Shown: positions 12,247 through 24,956 of the stretch, in pieces | How the letters are laid out: each line of letters begins with the position of its first letter | How positions within the stretch are numbered: position 1 is the stretch's first letter | Source: Octopus sinensis | Lineage: Eukaryota | NCBI RefSeq assembly: GCF_006345805.1 | Contig: NC_043000.1 | Coordinates: 63,302,001 to 63,366,000, forward strand | DNA: 64,000 nucleotides | Reading direction: 5' to 3' | Notes under the pieces: model-generated | The model's input: only the letters and a program-made list of their open reading frames with translations | Databases searched by the model: none | What the model was told of the DNA's origin: nothing | Translations under genes and position numbers: made by a program

Positions 12247-12839
12247 ATATATATATATATATATTATATATATATATATATCATCATCATCATTGTTTAA
12301 CGTCCACTTTCCATGCTAGCATAGGTCGGACAATTTGACTGAGGGCTGGCGAACAGATGGCTGCACTAGGCTCCAATCTGATCTAACAGAGTTTCTACAG
12401 TGGGATGCCCTTCCTAACGTCAACCGCTCCAAGAGTGTAGTGGGTGCTTTTACGTGCCAGTCAGGCGGTACTGGCAACGGCCATGCTCAAATGGTGCTTT
12501 TTACGTGCCACCTGCACAGGAGCCTGTCCAGCGGCACTGGCAACGACCTCGCTCAAATGTTTCTTCACATGTCACCGGCAGAAGTGCCAGTAAGGCGACG
12601 CTGGCAACGATCAAACACACACACATACACACACATATATATATATACATATAGCTAGATCTGGGTTCTCATAAGGTGTCTACATCATTTGATCAAGCCC
12701 AGGGAAACAAGTAGCCGATCTGTTTATGTACACAACAAGCCCATCAGCTTCAAAGAATTGGAGCTACTAATTTGCATATAATAGATATTTAACACTTTAT
12801 TTAATACCAGTGGCCTGTCTACAAGGATTTTAGTCCACA

Positions 12840-12884
<45 letters not shown>

Positions 12885-13446
12885 ATATCATCATCATCAT
12901 TGTTTAACGTCCACTTTCCATGCTAGCATAGGTCGGACAATTTGACTGAGGGCTGGCGAACAGATGGCTGCACTAGGCTCCAATCTGATCTAACAGAGTT
13001 TCTACAGTGGGATGCCCTTCCTAACGTCAACCGCTCCAAGAGTGTAGTGGGTGCTTTTACGTGCCAGTCAGGCGGTACTGGCAACGGCCATGCTCAAATG
13101 GTGCTTTTTACGTGCCACCTGCACAGGAGCCTGTCCAGCGGCACTGGCAACGACCTCGCTCAAATGTTTCTTCACATGTCACCGGCAGAAGTGCCAGTAA
13201 GGCGACGCTGGCAACGATCAAACACACACACATACACACACATATATATATATACATATAGCTAGATCTGGGTTCTCATAAGGTGTCTACATCATTTGAT
13301 CAAGCCCAGGGAAACAAGTAGCCGATCTGTTTATGTACACAACAAGCCCATCAGCTTCAAAGAATTGGAGCTACTAATTTGCATATAATAGATATTTAAC
13401 ACTTTATTTAATACCAGTGGCCTGTCTACAAGGATTTTAGTCCACA

Positions 13447-13490
<44 letters not shown>
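12247..13490. repeat. Tandem duplication, period 607 bp, units separated by (TA)n
   Basis: 12281-12843 appears identical to 12888-13450 (identical ORF translations offset by 607). Each unit contains an RTE-tail fragment plus ~200 bp of other sequence. Confidence 0.95.
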
Positions 13491-13492
<2 letters not shown>

Positions 13493-13493
<1 letters not shown>

Positions 13494-13722
13494 GGCGGCG
13501 AGCTGGCAGAAACGTTACCACGCCGGGTGAAATGCGTAGCCGTATTTCGCCTGTCGTTATGTTCCGAGTTCAAATTCCGCCGAGGTAAACTTTGCCTTTC
13601 ATCCTTTCGGGGTCGATAAATTAAGTACCAGTTACACACTGGGGTCGATGTAATCAACTTAATCCCCTTTGTCTGTCCTTGTTTGTTCCCTCTGTGTTTA
13701 GCCCCTTGTGGGTAGTAAAGAA
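13493..13722 (+). mobile_element. Young tRNA-derived SINE with Meta-like domain
   Basis: GGCGGCGAGCTGGCAGAAACG head, GAGTTCAAATTCC B box, GCCTTTCATCCTTTCGGGGTCGATAAATTAAGTACCAG domain; CpGs intact; inserted in (TA)n. Confidence 0.8.
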
Positions 13723-14316
13723 ACATATATTTATATATATTCTTCTTCTTCTTTCAGTCATTTGACTGTGGCCATACTGTAGCACCACCCTTAGTTGAAT
13801 AAAATGACTCCAGGACTTATTCTTTGTAAGCCTAGTACCTATTCTATTGGTCATTTTTTGCCAAACTGCTAAGTGACAGAGACAGTTTTTAGAGCTAGAT
13901 TAGAGCAGCCCAGATACTCCTTGACCTTATGTATCACCTTGAGCAAGTCTTTTCTACAATAGTCCCAGGCCAACCAATGCCTTGTGAACATCATCATCAT
14001 CATCGTTTAACGTTCGCTTTCCATGCTAGCATGGGTTGGACGATTTGACTGAAGACTGGTGAACCAGATGGCTGCACCAGGCTCCAATCTTGATCTGGCA
14101 GAGTTTCTACAGGTGGATGCCCTTCCTAATATGCCAACCACTCCGAGAGTGTAGACCAACCACTCCGAAATATATATATATATTCAGGACTCCAATGAAG
14201 CTATAAAGGGTTACTCTAACACTCAACTATGAGTCCACTGCATCTTATAGCAGAAACAGCTATAAGCTAATGAAGTTCATAAGTTAGTCACTTATTCCTT
14301 TATCATCTTATTTTCT

Positions 14317-14375
<59 letters not shown>

Positions 14376-15363
14376 TATAAGTATGTGTATGCATGTGTGT
14401 CTTTGAGTCCGTGTTTATTACTACCACCACTGCTTGACAACTGGTGTTAGTTTGTTTACAACCCTGTAACTTAGTGGTTCAGCAAAAGAAACTGTTATAA
14501 GTATGATACTTAAAAGAAGAATAAGTACCAGAGTCAATTTGCTTAACTTAAAACCCTTCAAGGCTGTGTCCCAGTATGATGGCAGCTGAATGACTTAGGC
14601 GTGTAAAATAAGATGAATAAAATAAGACACCAACTACTTACAACAGAGATTCTAAGTATTCTAAATTTGGTACTTGCGTTTATAAAATATGGTTATTACT
14701 TTGGCTCGCAGCAGCCAATAACTATAACTTCAATATATAAATAATTTATACTGCTCATTTGCACTCAGTTCTTCTTGCAGTTTACTGAACACACACACAC
14801 ACACACACACACACAGCACAAATATATTTTAGTATCGAAAACCAAATTTCAAATTGCTTTTGATTGTGTTCTAGATTATTCCGATCAACACTCAAACATC
14901 TGTATATAATCATATAAATTAACGATTGTCTTAAAAATTGGAGATGGCTTTGATTTCTATCTTCTTGTTATCATGAGCAATTTTATCCTACAGTCTTCTG
15001 TTAAACATTTTACAGCTTTTTGTTCATTTACTCTGTTTGTAATGGATTAATTATTTTTCTAAGTCAAGTTATATTACCAATTGTTAGCATGACCTCTACA
15101 ATAATAATTTCCACTGGCACCATGACTTGTCCAATATCAGCTTTAACTCCACCACCACCACCACTAAACTCTTACCCAATAGTAAGAAATAAAGGAAATT
15201 CACATTGCTTTTTCTTTCTTTTGTGTTTTTTCACAATAGAATATTAATATACTGTTTCTTTAGCTTTTGTCGATGTTTAGTCTCAGGTCAATTCTGATCA
15301 AGCAGCCCTATGATCAAAGGCATTAGAGGCACAAAAATGATACCTTTCTGAGAGTTTCTAGAA

Positions 15364-15441
15364 CAATCATAGGCGTGGCCCACCTCATGATAAGCCATGT
15401 ATCATGCGGCCCTACTTCTTGAAAAAAGTTGTGCATGCCTG
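15364..15441. mobile_element. 78-bp hAT (Charlie-like) MITE
   Basis: Exact 8-bp TSD TTCTAGAA at 15356-15363 and 15442-15449; CA...TG termini; TGCGGCCC subterminal motif. Confidence 0.65.
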
Positions 15442-16606
15442 TTCTAGAACTACATTATCAAATATGACGTTTCCTCTTTTTAATTAATGCTTTGGTATAT
15501 TATCTAAAGGAGTTTTGACAACTATTTCTAGTAAGCTGAGCTACCACATAAATGAAAGCTTCCTTTTTAGTTGATTACAAAATGCATGCAAAAAGTATGC
15601 ATTAATATTTTCATTATATGAAGTAATTGGTTCCTATAAGCATTTGTTTCAAAGATGCCAATCCCAACCACTTTACAAGAAAATCAGAGTGGGTCTAAGC
15701 CATGTACAAGAATGAATACAACTCAGTTTTATAACTTGTTACAGACTGAATGCACTACCAATCAACAATTCCTAGATTACTGCTGATATTTTTCATAAAT
15801 TAAAGCAAAAACTTACAAAATTAAATTAAAAATAAAAAGAATAACAGATTATACAACTGTATGCTGGCCAGCTATGTACCTAACAACAGTCAAATTGTGA
15901 TTATATAAACAACTACATTACCAGAAAAAACATGTCTACCTGTTTATTTTTACATGCCTATGTTTGATGAGTAAAGTTGTATGATTTGATCAGACTAATT
16001 ATCTCATCTTATATTTTCAACAATGCATCATTTCAAAAAGTATTTTCCTCTAATTATCTTCAGATGGCACATATAAACACACGTATAAACACGAGCCAAT
16101 GAGAGGACTATCTGTATGAATGCTCAACTTGCTAGAAATAGTACCCAAATTTCCCTTGAATCAACAACTCCTGCCTCCTTAATAAAATAAAATATAAAAA
16201 AGTAAGAACACATATGCTACATCTGGAAAAAAATGAGATGGTCATGATGGCTGAGACATTTTGATTATGTATACACACACACACAAAATTCCACTCTGCC
16301 CAAGTGTTGCAACAATGGGATAGAACCCAGAAGCATGTGATTTCAAAGTGAACTTAACAACATGGTTATGCCTGTGGAATTTATAAGCACTTGCCATTAT
16401 TTGAGTGTGGGTCTGTAACAAACATCAAACTCCTTTAATGCAGATGTAATATCTTCCACAATTCAATTACCTGTCTGTGCCTGTAATATGTCAGAGATCT
16501 ACACCTTCGCAGACTAATTATATTTTCGCATTTAGAAATAAAATGGAAATACAGACATTCTGTAACAATCTTATGTTTTTCAACATTTAACATTTACAGA
16601 TACAAT

Positions 16607-16835
16607 TTAACCCTTTAACATTTGAACCAGCCATATCCAACCAAAATATTCTACCAGTACAATTTTCAAACTGGTCAGATCTGACCTCTCAAGCCTATCC
16701 TACAATGTCATTCTGAAAATAAAAAATTGCATCATTCAAGTCTCAAAGTTATGAGATAATACATGATTACTTGAAAACAACATGAATAAATAAGCATTAC
16801 ATTTTGACATTGTAATCTGAATGCTAAAGGGTGAA
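16607..16835 (+). mobile_element. TTAA MITE copy
   Basis: TTAACCCTTTAACATT...AATGCTAAAGGG; same internal sequence as the 1597 copy. Confidence 0.8.
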
Positions 16836-17232
16836 ATTGGAAACTGGCTGATAGATTAGTAAAATCATTAGAGGAGTAAACAATTATCCCATCAAATATT
16901 TTCACCAATTCACCAACTATCAGCATCGCCACAAAATGTGTGGCCTTATGTTCAGATCAGTAATTAGCTATTAAAGATAAAACAATGGTGTGATGGATTG
17001 GCATAAGAATTTGAACATTGATTAAAATACCTTCTGGCTCTTTGCATTCTGACTTTAAATTTCAGTCAAGTACTGGGGTTGCTCTCAAAATTGCTAGCCT
17101 TGTACTTAAATTGGGAACAATAGGCACAGACATGGTTGTGTGGTAAGAAGATTGCTTCCCAACAGGGCCTTGTGAGTGGATTTGGCAGACAGAAACTGAA
17201 AGAAGCCTGTCATATATATATATATATATATA

Positions 17233-17512
17233 TACTAAGCAATAAGGGTTTAGCAACGAGTTGCCTTACCACATACCGAATTTAGAAATAGCAGTCAAAG
17301 GGTTATAGCTATTTCTTCTACTAAAAAGTAGAAGAAATAGCTATAACCCTTTGACTGCTATTTCTAATTCGGTATGTGGTAAGGCAACTCGTTGCTAAAC
17401 CCTTATTGCTTAGTATTACTTAAATTTTCCTCGAATGAGGCTTTTACATGCCGAAGACTACTTGGTGTAATTGATAATTTTTCCAAATTAATTAATTTCA
17501 CCCTTCATTATT

Positions 17513-17517
<5 letters not shown>
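17233..17517 (+). mobile_element. Fold-back element (90-bp near-perfect palindrome plus 100-bp tail) inserted in the (TA)n of a SINE
   Basis: 17233-17322 is the reverse complement of 17327-17415, with an AAAA spacer; (TA)n on both sides; related sequence at ~24480-24550. Confidence 0.8.
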
Positions 17518-17559
<42 letters not shown>

Positions 17560-18142
17560 CATTTGTGTGTCTTTGTGTATGTGTTTGTCCCCCACTACTA
17601 CTTGACAACTGGTGTTGGTTGTCTACAACCCCATAACTTAGCAGTGCAGCAAAAGATACCAATAGAATAAGTATCAAGTGTTACAGAAACATAATAACTA
17701 CTAGGGTCAATAAGTCACACTAAAGTTCTTCAAGGCAGTGTCCCTGCATGACAGCAGTCTAATGACTGAAACAAGGAAAAGTTGATTAATAAAGACAGAC
17801 TATTTTATTAATTATACACGTTATTATGCGAGAAATTATCATTATTCATAGAGTAAAATCAGCAGTGTGTAAGACATAAGTGTCATGGTGTTAAGTTACT
17901 ATTCTTATGTTCTGGGTTCAAATCCCAACAAGATCAACACTGCTTTTCATCTGTTTGGGGATAAAATAAGTACTTGTCAAGTACTATGGTACATTTAATC
18001 AAACTAATATACCCCCACCTCAAATTTGCAGATTTTGTAATAGTGTTAGGAATTCTTATTGATATCATAAATGCCACCAAAAACTTAGTCTCATACAGCT
18101 GTCATTTTCTTTGTTGGAGCAGTGGATGAGAAAGAATCAGAC

Positions 18143-18186
<44 letters not shown>

Positions 18187-18935
18187 GAGAGAGAAAGAGA
18201 AAGATAATGTGTGTAACCTCATTTGCTAGAACACGTTAAAAACCTCATCCACCTGATATATTTATATATTTGCTATAATAAAGGCCACCTAACAAAAGCA
18301 CTGTAAACCAACATAATTACTTTTACATCATTAATTCACACAGATTGTACACTGCACTAATTTACTAATATCAAGCTTTAACATACACTTATATATATAC
18401 ATACACACACATATGTATATATGGCTAGTCAACATTACGCCATAAGGGCTGATTTTTTCAGTTCCTTTGGCATATATATTCCTCCCTGAATGGGATGGCA
18501 GCCAATCATTGCAGGATTAGTCATTTCTACTAGCTGTAAGGACTGGAGCAATGTGAAATGAAATGTTCTGCTCAAGAACATAACACATTGCCTGGCCCAG
18601 GAATCGAAACCACAATCTTATGAACATGAATCCAACTCCCTAACCACTAAACTATGCACCTCCATATATATATATATATACACACTAGCTTAAAAACAGC
18701 ACTCTGTGTGAACTTTTAAGTTAGCTCCTGCAGAGGCTAATTGGGCCTGCAGCCCAAAAGACTTTTCTTGTGGTGTTGCCATTTTCTAAGGGATTACACA
18801 AATGAAAATTATACAACTTTAAATAAAATGAACAAAATGAAACATTAAAACAAAATTAATCATGTTCAGCTATAAACTTTAAACCTTCCCCCATCAAGAA
18901 ATATGTAGAATGTGTTTATGCCTCTTACCGTTTGT

Positions 18936-19164
18936 TTAACCCTTTGGTGTTTAAGCCGGCCATATCCGGCCCAAATATCCTACATGTTTTACATTCAAAC
19001 TGGCCATATCCAGCCCCTTACACCTAACCTACATTGACATTCTAAGAATAAACTATCACACCATTGAAACTTCAAAGCTGTTAGATAATGTATGATTAAT
19101 TGAAAATAATTTTAGTGAAAAAAGTATTACATTTAACAGATTAATCTGAACACTAAAGGGTTAA
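18936..19164 (+). mobile_element. TTAA MITE copy
   Basis: TTAACCCTTTGGTGTT...AACACTAAAGGGTTAA. Confidence 0.8.
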
Positions 19165-19904
19165 AAAATAAATTTAAAATCTGCTCTTTCTTTTTGAATA
19201 ACCCTATGTGTATATGTGTATATATATATAAATGCATGTCTATATTTTGGAGATATAAAATACAAATGTGTAATTACATCAATTTACTTATTTGGTATTC
19301 AGCAGCTACATTAATCTACAATATTAAATGATGTCCATCCTTTATATTTCTGAAGATAACCAGATTAGCAGCTTTACTCTTTCTGAGTCTTCAGGTTGCT
19401 TATTAGGCCAATTTTGGCACAAAATCCATGGTTACATTTGGGGGCATGAAATAGCAGAATTATGACCTGGTGGGACTTTTACTTTCCATGCCAGTCCTCC
19501 CCACTTTAGTTCTTCTGATCATTTCTGATTCCTATTGCAGTACTCCAGAGTACATAGCATTAACATTATAAGGAGCAATCTTGAGCAACACATTCTCAAA
19601 TAGATTGAATTCAAATGTGAAAACTTAAAAGATGAAAAGTATAGGCTCAGAATAGTTTCCATCAAATTATCTGGCCTTTCTGTATTTATTTTTTTTATAC
19701 TTATCAAAAATAACGAATATACAATATAGTGATGTAAGTTCAGGAATTCATACATTAGTCTGAAATTCATAAATCTATAGAATGGTTCAAAGTTTAGCCC
19801 CACACCTGTGTTAAATGAGCAGACAAAAGCCTTCAAGCTGTAATGATCCAGCCTTGTTTGTAGCATTCATGAGTAAATCAGCTAATATACCCTTCCTTTT
19901 TTTT

Positions 19905-20132
19905 TTAACCTTTAGCATTTAAACTGACCATATCCAGACCAAATATTTTACCTATTTTTAGTTCAAACTGACCAAATCTGGTCTCTCACACAAACCAACG
20001 TCATTGTAAAAATAAACAATCACATCATAATCATCAAAATTTCAAAGCTATGAGATAATGCATGATTAATTCAAAACAATGTGAATAAATAAGAATTGCA
20101 TTTGACAGAGTAATCTGATGCTTAAGGGTTAA
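19905..20132 (+). mobile_element. TTAA MITE copy
   Basis: TTAACCTTTAGCATT...ATGCTTAAGGGTTAA. Confidence 0.8.
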
Positions 20133-20701
20133 GATAATGGTGTGTGATTTCAGAAAGATTTGATTACTATTTCTAGCAGGTTATGTGTCCTTTATATATC
20201 TTTTCATATCTTGTCTTTTAATGTTTCAGAGGAAAATAATGTTTGGTTGATCAATAAATGATCAAAACATACATACATTGTAGTTATAATGAAGGGTCAA
20301 TTGTTAGTTTTGACAATGAGTATTCAGATTTACCTACTTATTAAATTAAAATGTAGATAACTGAATATTCTACATGTACATTTAATGTAATTAATTCTCA
20401 CACACATTGTGTGACAAAGTACAAATTACAAATAAAATCTATCTGGCGAGCTTCCATACAGTCTCTGTCTAGTCTATTTTATTCACAAGGCTTGTGTCAA
20501 CTCATCATCTCACACACACACAAACTTCACTTATGTGCACAATACTTACTTAATCTTCCACACTAACAGACTGTCAATGATCACTAACTTTTTTCCTAAG
20601 CCAAGATCAATACAGCATATGTGGAATGGAAGGAGGGAGGTCTGTGGATTGCACTTCATCCTTTGAGTGGCTATTCATATATGCCAAAAAGTTTCTTTGA
20701 T

Positions 20702-21295
20702 CATTTAAACTGGTGATATCTGGCCCAGATATCTTACCTGTTTTATGTTCAAACTGGCTAGGTCTGACCTCTTACACTTACCCAATAATTTATTATATAA
20801 AATCCGTTCTGTCTGTGTATGTCTTCTAGGATCTCGGGCATCCTCCATCCAATTGCACTCAAATTTGATATGTAGATACCAATAATATAAGGGCGTGTAT
20901 AAGTCTTGAAAAAATTACAAAAATCGATTCCAGGTGAAAATGCGATCAATAAAGCCGTGGGAACGTGCATTTGTATGTGCAAGTACATTAGCTGTTGCGA
21001 TCAATACTACGCATACACGAGAAAAATGCACATGCAGTTTGCGCAAAAAAAGCCGGCCTGTTTGGTGTATCAAATTTAGGTTCTTAAAGGGACGGTCAGA
21101 CAAGTTGTTTTGAGAAAATTTGGTTTAAATGTTTGACAACTCAGCACTGTCCATTGGACGGGGGGGGGGGGGGCCTTTTGCTCGTATCTTTCTAAAAATA
21201 AACAATCTCGAAGCTGTGTGATAATGCATGATGAATTCAATACAATGTGAATAAGCATTACATTTAACAGAGCAATCTGAATGCTAAAGAGTTAA
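20702..21295 (+). mobile_element. TTAA MITE interrupted by a ~400-bp Helitron-like insertion (~20789-21184)
   Basis: The MITE 5' part stops at ~20788 and resumes at ~21190. The insert begins TTTATTATATAAAATCCGTTCTGTCTG, has the CAAATTTG motif seen in the other Helitrons, and ends in a G-rich segment followed by GCTCG-T. Confidence 0.55.
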
Positions 21296-22006
21296 ACTTA
21301 ACAATAATAACTCTTTCTCCATTCCACCATACCCTTTTAAATAAAACAACCTGCCTGCAGCTAATATCATTAATGCCAACAAGGCAATTTCTTCTTCCAC
21401 AAGTAAAAAGAAAATCCTTCTCTGAATCCTTCAATTAGGAGCTGACAATTTAGTAAAATTTAACAATACCAATATCAAAACGTTGAATATTATTCATTTT
21501 AAGAAAATCTAGTTCTCTTCCACAGTCCTCCATATAAAAGGTCCTCCTTCCCCACCTCACTACTCTTACTTTTAATCATCATTACGTCCAACATTTCTCG
21601 CTCATAAAATTATCTTCACAACTTTTCAAATATTGCATTATGATGTAATTTTCTCTTTCGAGCTATGAAGTATTTCAGCCCATCTCTCTATTCAGCCTAA
21701 ATATAGTCCATTACTGGATATTGCTTCAATCACTGGCTCTCAGAAAAAAAAAAAATAAACACCACCATTATTATTATTATTATGAAAGACCTTCATCTGA
21801 TTAGAGGCTATAATTTTTACATGAAAATTTTCAACCATTGAACCTAATCAGGCAGAGCTATTTCTATTCTATTCCTGCTCCACCAGAGACCTCTGCATTT
21901 CACCTGCCTTGATTCCCTCATCATTATGCGAACATGTTTGTATAAAAACACATATATTTATGAAAACATAGAGCATAATACAGACGTGTGTGTGTGTGCA
22001 TACATA

Positions 22007-22883
22007 CAAGGTAATATCAATAGTATACCAACAGATGACAGCACATGATTGTGTGCACAGTGAGAGCAAGCAGTGACTTTCATGAGACAGTGTGCCAAGT
22101 GACATTGCTGCATTTACTTCGTAAGTTGTGAAATTTGTGTTTTGGTGATCATGTGTATGCTGTTGTCTGTAATTTTCTCATGGACAGGAACAAGGAGCCA
22201 TTATGGTATTTTGCATTAAAATTGGGATGTCTGCAACAGAGACATTGAGTATGCATTGGCAAGCTTACAAGAATGAAGCAATGGGTTGCAAGCAATGTTT
22301 TAAGTGGCATGGGCACTTCAAAAGTAGAAGAACATCCCTGGAAAACGATGAGCAATCTGGAAGACCTGCCACAAGCATCACTCCACCAGAAATGTGATAT
22401 TGTGCTTTGGGAATTTATCCCCCAGGGCCAGATGAATCGAGAGTTCTACTATGAGGTTTTGAAGCATTTGAGAGAAGATATTCAGCAAAAGTGACCAGAT
22501 CTGCGGAGCATGAAGAATTGGATTCTTCTCTGAGCTCTCCTCACTTGTGAGTTTCTTGTCAAAAACAGCAAGGTACTGCTTCCACACCTGCCCTATTCAC
22601 CAGATGTAGCACCTGCAGACTTCTATCTCTTCCCCAAGATGAAAGTGCAGCTCAAAGAGTGCTGTTTTAACACCGTTGCCATGATTTAGAGCGAATCACA
22701 GAAGGTCCTCGGTTTGCTTACAGAGAACAGCTTCCAGGCCAGATTCCAAAAGTGGAAGGAATGCTGGGAATGGTGTATTGCTGCGTAAGGTGATGATTTC
22801 AAAGGAGATGATATTAAAACTCATGTAAATAATTTATTTTTTTATTAAACATAAATAGTCCAGGAACCTTTTGATACCACTCG
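22007..22883 (+). mobile_element. Internally deleted mariner (mellifera-like) relic
   Basis: HTH FCIKIGMSATETLSM...KWHGHFKSRRTSLENDEQSGRPATS; EFIPQGQ-MNREFYYEVLKHLRE; PHLPYSPDVAPADFYLFPKMK; right TIR followed by TA. Confidence 0.85.
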
Positions 22884-22889
22884 TAATAT

Positions 22890-22924
<35 letters not shown>

Positions 22925-24601
22925 CCGGAAACCTTTTGATACTAACTCGTAATACATATATATATATATATAGATAGATAGACAGACATATAGATAGTTA
23001 TAGAGGTGTATGTGTGTGTGTAGGCACATGGCTTAGTTGTTAGGATGTTGCACTCATGATTGTAAGATTGCAGTTTTGATTCCTGTACTGGGCAACACAT
23101 TGTATTCTTGAACAAGACACTTCATTTCACACTGCTCCAGTCCACTCAGCTGATAAAAACGGGCAAGAAACCCTTCAGATGGACTGTATTGGCAATTCGA
23201 AGAGCAAATAACATTGTTTCACAGTGTTCCACTGAGTGTACTTGAGAATTACATTAAAGGTACATGTTTCTGCAAAATATTCAAACCACATACACACTAC
23301 TTCAAAGAGTAGGTATTCCAGTTGATCAAACAGGCATAGCTGTATGGTTAAGAAGCTCACTTTGCAACCACATGGTTTCAGGTTCAGTTCCACTGCATAG
23401 TACCTTGGACAAATGTTGTCTTACATTATATGTGTGTGTGGTTTGTCCCCGCCCCACAGCTTGACGACCATTGTTGGTTTGTTAGGAACCCATAATTTAG
23501 GAATTCAGTAAAAAACCAACAGACTACCAAATTTAATAAAATAAGTACCAGAGTTGATCTGTTCAACTAAACCTTCGAAAGTGGTACCCCAGCATGGCCA
23601 CAGTCCAATGACTGTAACATGTAGTAAAAGATGAATGATAAAGAACTAGGTGCTCAAACATGATTTTCAATGAGACGGTCCATCAAACACAGAAAATATA
23701 CCAATGGATGCAGAAACAGAGGTTTCAACACTAGGAACTCGAAACATATTGCACATATACACACACATACCTGTTACGTTACTATTTGAGAGAAGGTAAA
23801 ACACAATGATGACGACAAAAAGATGAATGAATGAAAATGGTGTTTGCAGAAAGGACACTCCTGCATCATTTAAAGTTTAAAGATGGTTATTAATTCATTG
23901 CATTTATTACATTATAAGGAGATAAAAATAAGAAAACATTTGGACAGGAATAACTGAACTTTGAACATTTAATCAAATTTAATTAAATGATTACCTATAT
24001 TATCTCAGACAACATCTTCACAAGTTTTAATATTTGATTATTCAAAATTTGTTAAGTTTGAACATCTAAAATTTACAGTTGCTTTTAAATTATTATTCAT
24101 AAACAGAAACACACTGCTACATATATATAGGAATCCACAATCTGTAGATTTTTTCTTCGTTCATATTTTAAATGAATTCCAAATAGGAGCCTGCTATTTT
24201 TCAGGCACATTAATTTGAAGCAACTGAAAATCAATGAAACTCCATTTTACTCAAGCAAATTCTAGAGCCTACTACATGAACAACTCTGAGATAACTTGTT
24301 TCTTCACGCCAAAAATTTTTCCAAATTGGCTGCTGCATGCAGTTCTTTATATTACAATAATCAAAGTAATTTAACCTAATTCTTTCTCGATATACAACGC
24401 ATATTCATATATACACGTACATATACATACATGTACACATAAACACACACCATAGTAGAATACATAGTATACTACTACCATAGTAGAAGAGTATTTAATT
24501 GTTATTTCTAAATTTCGGTATGTCGTGAAGAATTTTGCTAAACCCTAATTATAATTATGTTCATAATTATAATAATTTATATATATATATATATATATAT
24601 A

Positions 24602-24850
24602 CATAGTGAGAATTTACAAAAAAGCAAAAGATGAAGACAGGTGTGTAAACAACAAACAGATGTATTAGTTTAAAGCTTGGGAAGTGAGAAAGTCTCTTAC
24701 GTTTCAGGCCTATGCTCTTCGAAAGACAGGAATGCAAAAATAAACAAGGAGAGAAAATAGAAAAAGGTTTAGTGGCTAACAATCTATCATGGCAAATGCC
24801 AGACAGAGGGGTCACACAGGAGGGCTAGGAAAAAGGGGAGATAATAAAAT
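24602..24850 (-). mobile_element. PLE-like 3' end with HHR-like motif, inserted in (TA)n
   Basis: Reverse complement of 24727-24692: GTCTTT-CGAAGA-GC-ATAGGC-CT-GAAAC-GTA-AGAGAC (stem I GTCTTT/AGAGAC, palindromic ACGT stem III, GUA site; the core is non-canonical). Confidence 0.5.
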
Positions 24851-24903
24851 ACATATACATACATATATATACACATATATATACATACATATATGCATAC
24901 ATC

Positions 24904-24956
<53 letters not shown>

